The translations under genes were made by a program, and so were the position numbers. From a virus (Duplodnaviria > Heunggongvirae > Uroviricota > Caudoviricetes), in the IMG/VR virus record IMGVR_UViG_2547132279_000010: a stretch of 14,316 nucleotides of DNA. One strand, 5' to 3'. Of this stretch, positions 11,301 through 14,316 are shown piece after piece (the first letter of the stretch is position 1; each line of letters opens with the position of its first letter). A model generated the notes under the pieces. It was not told the origin of the DNA and made no database searches. It saw only the letters and a program-made list of their open reading frames with translations.

Positions 11301-11324
11301 ATTGCAGAAAAGCGAGAGGTAATT

Positions 11325-11924
11325 ATGCGTAAATTATGTGCTGTTATTCTGTCCGCAGCCATCTGTCTGTCCGTATCCGGTGCGCCTGCATGGGCGTCTG
11401 AGCAGCAGGCCACACTGAGCGCAGGGTATCTTCATGCCCGTACGAACGCTCCCGGCAGCGATAATCTGAACGGGATTAACGTGAAATACCGTTATGAGTT
11501 TACGGACACGCTGGGGCTGATTACGTCATTCAGTTATGCCAACGCTGAAGATGAGCAAAAAACGCATTACAGCGATACCCGCTGGCATGAAGATTCCGTG
11601 CGTAACCGCTGGTTCAGCGTAATGGCGGGGCCGTCTGTGCGCGTGAATGAATGGTTCAGCGCGTATGCGATGGCGGGTGTGGCTTACAGCCGTGTGTCGA
11701 CTTTCTCCGGGGATTATCTCCGCGTAACTGACAACAAGGGGAAAAAGCACGATGTGCTGACCGGAAGTGATGACGGTCGCCACAGCAACACGTCTCTGGC
11801 GTGGGGAGCTGGCGTGCAGTTTAACCCGACCGAATCCGTGGCCATTGATGTCGCTTATGAAGGCTCCGGCAGTGGTGACTGGCGCACTGACGGGTTCATC
11901 GTGGGTGTTGGTTATAAATTCTGA
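11325..11924 (+). CDS. lom: Lom-like outer membrane beta-barrel protein (Ail/Lom/PagC/OmpX family), a prophage moron
   Basis: Signal peptide [24 protein letters not shown]. The C-terminal half ...[30 protein letters not shown]...[28 protein letters not shown] is near-identical to lambda Lom, while the N-terminal half is more divergent. A GAGAGG ribosome-binding site precedes the start. Confidence 0.9.
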   Translation: MRKLCAVILSAAICLSVSGAPAWASEQQATLSAGYLHARTNAPGSDNLNGINVKYRYEFTDTLGLITSFSYANAEDEQKTHYSDTRWHEDSVRNRWFSVMAGPSVRVNEWFSAYAMAGVAYSRVSTFSGDYLRVTDNKGKKHDVLTGSDDGRHSNTSLAWGAGVQFNPTESVAIDVAYEGSGSGDWRTDGFIVGVGYKF

Positions 11925-11950
11925 TTAGCCAGGTAACACAGTGTTATGAC

Positions 11951-11978
11951 AGCCCGCCGGTTCAGGCGGGCTTTTTTG
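11951..11978 (+). terminator. Rho-independent terminator downstream of lom
   Basis: AGCCCGCC-ggttca-GGCGGGCT 8-bp stem (11951-11972) followed by TTTTTTG. Confidence 0.7.
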
Positions 11979-11988
11979 TGGGGTGAAT

Positions 11989-14316
11989 ATGGCAGTAAAA
12001 ATTTCAGGTGTACTGAAAGACGGCACAGGAAAACCGGTACAGAACTGCACAATCCAGCTGAAAGCAAAACGTAACAGTACCACGGTGGTGGTGAACACGC
12101 TGGCATCTGAAAATCCGGATGAAGCCGGGCGTTACAGTATGGACGTTGAGTACGGTCAGTACAGCGTTATTCTGTTGGTGGAAGGATTCCCGCCGTCACA
12201 TGCCGGGACCATCACAGTGTATGAAGATTCCCGACCCGGTACGCTGAATGATTTTCTCGGTGCCATGACGGAGGATGATGCCCGTCCGGAGGCACTGCGC
12301 CGTTTTGAGCTGATGGTGGAAGAGGTGGCGCGTAACACGTCCGCAGTGGCACAGAACACGGCAGCCGCGAAGAAGTCAGCCAGTGATGCCAGCACATCAG
12401 CCCGTGAGGCGGCAACCCGTGCGACTGATGCTGCAGGCTCAGCACGTGCCGCCAGCACGTCAGCCGGACAGGCCGCGTCGTCGGCTCAGTCAGCGTCTTC
12501 CAGCGCAGGAACGGCATCGACAAAGGCCAGTGAAGCAGCGAAAAGTGCTGCCGCTGCAGAGTCCTCAAAAAGTGCGGCGGCCACCAGTGCCGGTGCGGCG
12601 AAAACGTCAGAAACGAATGCCGCAGCGTCACAACAATCAGCAGCCACTTCTGCATCCACCGCGACCACGAAAGCGTCAGAAGCTGCCACCTCAGCCCGGG
12701 ATGCGGCGGCCTCAAAAGAGGCAGCGAAATCATCAGAAACGAACGCATCCTTGAGCGCCAGTAGCGCAGCTTCCTCGGCAACGGCGGCAGGAAATTCCGC
12801 GAAGGCGGCAAAAACGTCCGAGACGAACGCCAGGTCTTCTGAGACGGCAGCGGGACAGAGCGCCTCAGCTGCGGCAGGCTCAAAAACAGCGGCTGCATTA
12901 TCTGCCAGTGCCGCGTCAACAAGTGCCGGGCAGGCCTCAGCCAGTGCCACCGCCGCCGGAAAATCGGCAGAAAGCGCCGCATCATCCGCTTCAACAGCCA
13001 CAACGAAGGCTGGCGAAGCCACTGAGCAAGCCACTGCAGCAGCGAGGTCTGCTTCTGCAGCAAAAACCTCTGAAACAAATGCAAAGACTTCAGCAGACAA
13101 TGCTGCTTCCTCTAAGGCGGCAGCCGCATCGTCCGCTGGTTCAGCGGCGTCATCGGCATCATCTGCGTCTGCTTCAAAAGATGAGGCGACCAGACAAGCG
13201 TCAGCAGCGAAAGGTAGTGCCACGACAGCAACAACGAAAGCATCAGAGGCGGCAGGCAGTGCGACGGCTGCATCTCAGAGCAAAGTTGCTGCTGAATCCG
13301 CGGCAACGCGTGCCGAAACAGCGGCAAAACGGGCAGAGGATATTGCTGATGCCGTATCTCTGGAAGATGCGAGCACGACGAAAAAAGGTGTGGTTCAGCT
13401 CAGCAGTGCGACCAACAGCACTTCCGAGTCACTGGCGGCAACACCAAAGGCAGTAAAGGCAGCATATGACCTTGCTAACGCAAAATATACCGCTCAGGAC
13501 GCAACGACGGCACGAAAAGGGATAGTTCAGCTCAGTAGCGCCACTAACAGCACATCTGAAACGCTGGCTGCGACGCCAAAAGCTGTTAAGGCGGTAATGG
13601 ATGAAACGAACAAGAAAGCGCCCTTAAATAGTCCTGCACTGACCGGAACGCCAACAACGCCAACTGCGCCGAAAGGGACTAATAATACTCAGATCGCAAG
13701 CACGGCTTATGTGATGGCCGCGATTGCCGCACTTGTAGACTCGTCGCCTGACGCACTGAATACGTTGAACGAGTTAGCGGCGGCGCTGGGAAACGACCCG
13801 AATTTTGCGACCACCATGACTAAAGCGCTTGCGGGTAAGCAACCGAAAGATGCCACCCTGACGGCGCTGGCCGGGCTTGCTACTGCGGCAGACAAGTTTC
13901 CGTATTTTACGGGGAATGATGTCGCCAGCCTGGCAACTCTGACAAAAGTCGGGCGGGATATTCTTGCGAAATCGACCGTTGCCGCTGTTATCGAATACCT
14001 CGGTTTACAGGAAACGGTAAATCAGGCTTCTGGCGCATTACAGAAAAAACAGAACGGCGCAGATATTCCAGGAAAAGATACCTTCACCAAAAATATTGGT
14101 GCCTGCCGCGCATATAGCGCATGGCTGAATATTGGTGGCGATAGTCAGACCTGGACAACCGCACAATTCATTTCGTGGCTGGAGAGTCAGGGGGCATTTA
14201 ACCATCCTTACTGGATGTGCAAAGGCTCATGGGCTTATGCAAACAATAAGGTCATTACAGATACAGGTTGCGGAAATATTTGTCTTGCAGGTGCTGTGGT
14301 GGAAGTTATTGGCACT
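11989..14316 (+). CDS. stf: Side tail fibre protein Stf-like, 3'-partial (776 codons open to the window end)
   Basis: The N-terminus MAVKISGVLKDGTGKPVQNCTIQLKAKRNSTTVVVNTLASENPDEAGRYSMDVEYGQYSVIL...FPPSHAGTITVYEDS matches lambda Stf. It is followed by a long Ala/Ser/Thr-rich shaft and two phage-tail-fibre repeats (KG[IV]VQLSSATNSTSE[ST]LAATPKAVK). My hand translation found no stop in this frame through 14316. The ORF track omits it, apparently because it has no stop inside the window. Confidence 0.85.
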   Translation, partial: MAVKISGVLKDGTGKPVQNCTIQLKAKRNSTTVVVNTLASENPDEAGRYSMDVEYGQYSVILLVEGFPPSHAGTITVYEDSRPGTLNDFLGAMTEDDARPEALRRFELMVEEVARNTSAVAQNTAAAKKSASDASTSAREAATRATDAAGSARAASTSAGQAASSAQSASSSAGTASTKASEAAKSAAAAESSKSAAATSAGAAKTSETNAAASQQSAATSASTATTKASEAATSARDAAASKEAAKSSETNASLSASSAASSATAAGNSAKAAKTSETNARSSETAAGQSASAAAGSKTAAALSASAASTSAGQASASATAAGKSAESAASSASTATTKAGEATEQATAAARSASAAKTSETNAKTSADNAASSKAAAASSAGSAASSASSASASKDEATRQASAAKGSATTATTKASEAAGSATAASQSKVAAESAATRAETAAKRAEDIADAVSLEDASTTKKGVVQLSSATNSTSESLAATPKAVKAAYDLANAKYTAQDATTARKGIVQLSSATNSTSETLAATPKAVKAVMDETNKKAPLNSPALTGTPTTPTAPKGTNNTQIASTAYVMAAIAALVDSSPDALNTLNELAAALGNDPNFATTMTKALAGKQPKDATLTALAGLATAADKFPYFTGNDVASLATLTKVGRDILAKSTVAAVIEYLGLQETVNQASGALQKKQNGADIPGKDTFTKNIGACRAYSAWLNIGGDSQTWTTAQFISWLESQGAFNHPYWMCKGSWAYANNKVITDTGCGNICLAGAVVEVIGT
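12330..13330 (+). repeat. Low-complexity Ala/Ser/Thr-rich degenerate repeat region encoding the Stf shaft
   Basis: Recurring AAKTSETNA, SAATSAG and ASSAQSASS-type motifs. The strong compositional bias generates long spurious antisense ORFs (12212..13084 and 12486..13223, minus strand). Confidence 0.6.
13375..13608 (+). repeat. Tandem pair of phage-tail-fibre repeat units (~40 codons each) within stf
   Basis: Unit 1 (~13375-13480) encodes TTKKGVVQLSSATNSTSESLAATPKAVKAAYDLANAKY. Unit 2 (~13504-13608) encodes TARKGIVQLSSATNSTSETLAATPKAVKAVMDETNKK. The copies are similar at protein level but carry many synonymous differences at DNA level, so the duplication is old rather than recent. Confidence 0.6.

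Noticed and set aside
11301-11324. Sigma-70 promoter for lom between the J terminator and the lom ribosome-binding site
   Set aside because: I could not find convincing -35/-10 hexamers with proper spacing by eye. A promoter may exist but is not supported by the sequence alone.
12212-13223. Long minus-strand ORFs (290 aa and 245 aa) and + strand frame-2 ORFs (12383..12754, 12908..13456) in the stf region
   Set aside because: These are artefacts of the low-complexity Ala/Ser-rich codon repeats of the Stf shaft. Their translations are poly-Ala/Asp or Arg/Pro/Gln runs. The real gene is the + strand frame starting at 11989.
12330-13330. Possible CRISPR array or exact tandem DNA repeats in the repetitive stf shaft region
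   Set aside because: The repeats are degenerate, in-frame and coding (Ala/Ser/Thr motifs). There are no regular direct repeats with unique spacers and no cas genes.

Overview
This window is the tail-morphogenesis module of a lambda-like (lambdoid) prophage, all on the + strand in the canonical lambda order V'-G-(G-T)-H-M-L-K-I-J-lom-stf. Its left 1.25 kb is an IS3-family insertion sequence (IS911-like OrfA/OrfB, minus strand) that has landed about 14 codons into the major tail protein gene V, leaving a 5'-truncated V remnant. G/T, H, M, L, K, I and J are intact with lambda-like overlaps and the conserved G-T slippery site. J is followed by a strong intrinsic terminator, a Lom/Ail-family outer-membrane moron with its own terminator, and a side-tail-fibre gene (stf) that runs open off the right edge. 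I did not find a novel system here. The points worth a second look are the IS knock-out of V, apparent mosaic patches in the tape measure H, a divergent receptor-binding C-terminus of J, and an expanded, re-tipped Stf. All protein identifications rest on reading the translations against remembered lambda sequences; no database search was run.
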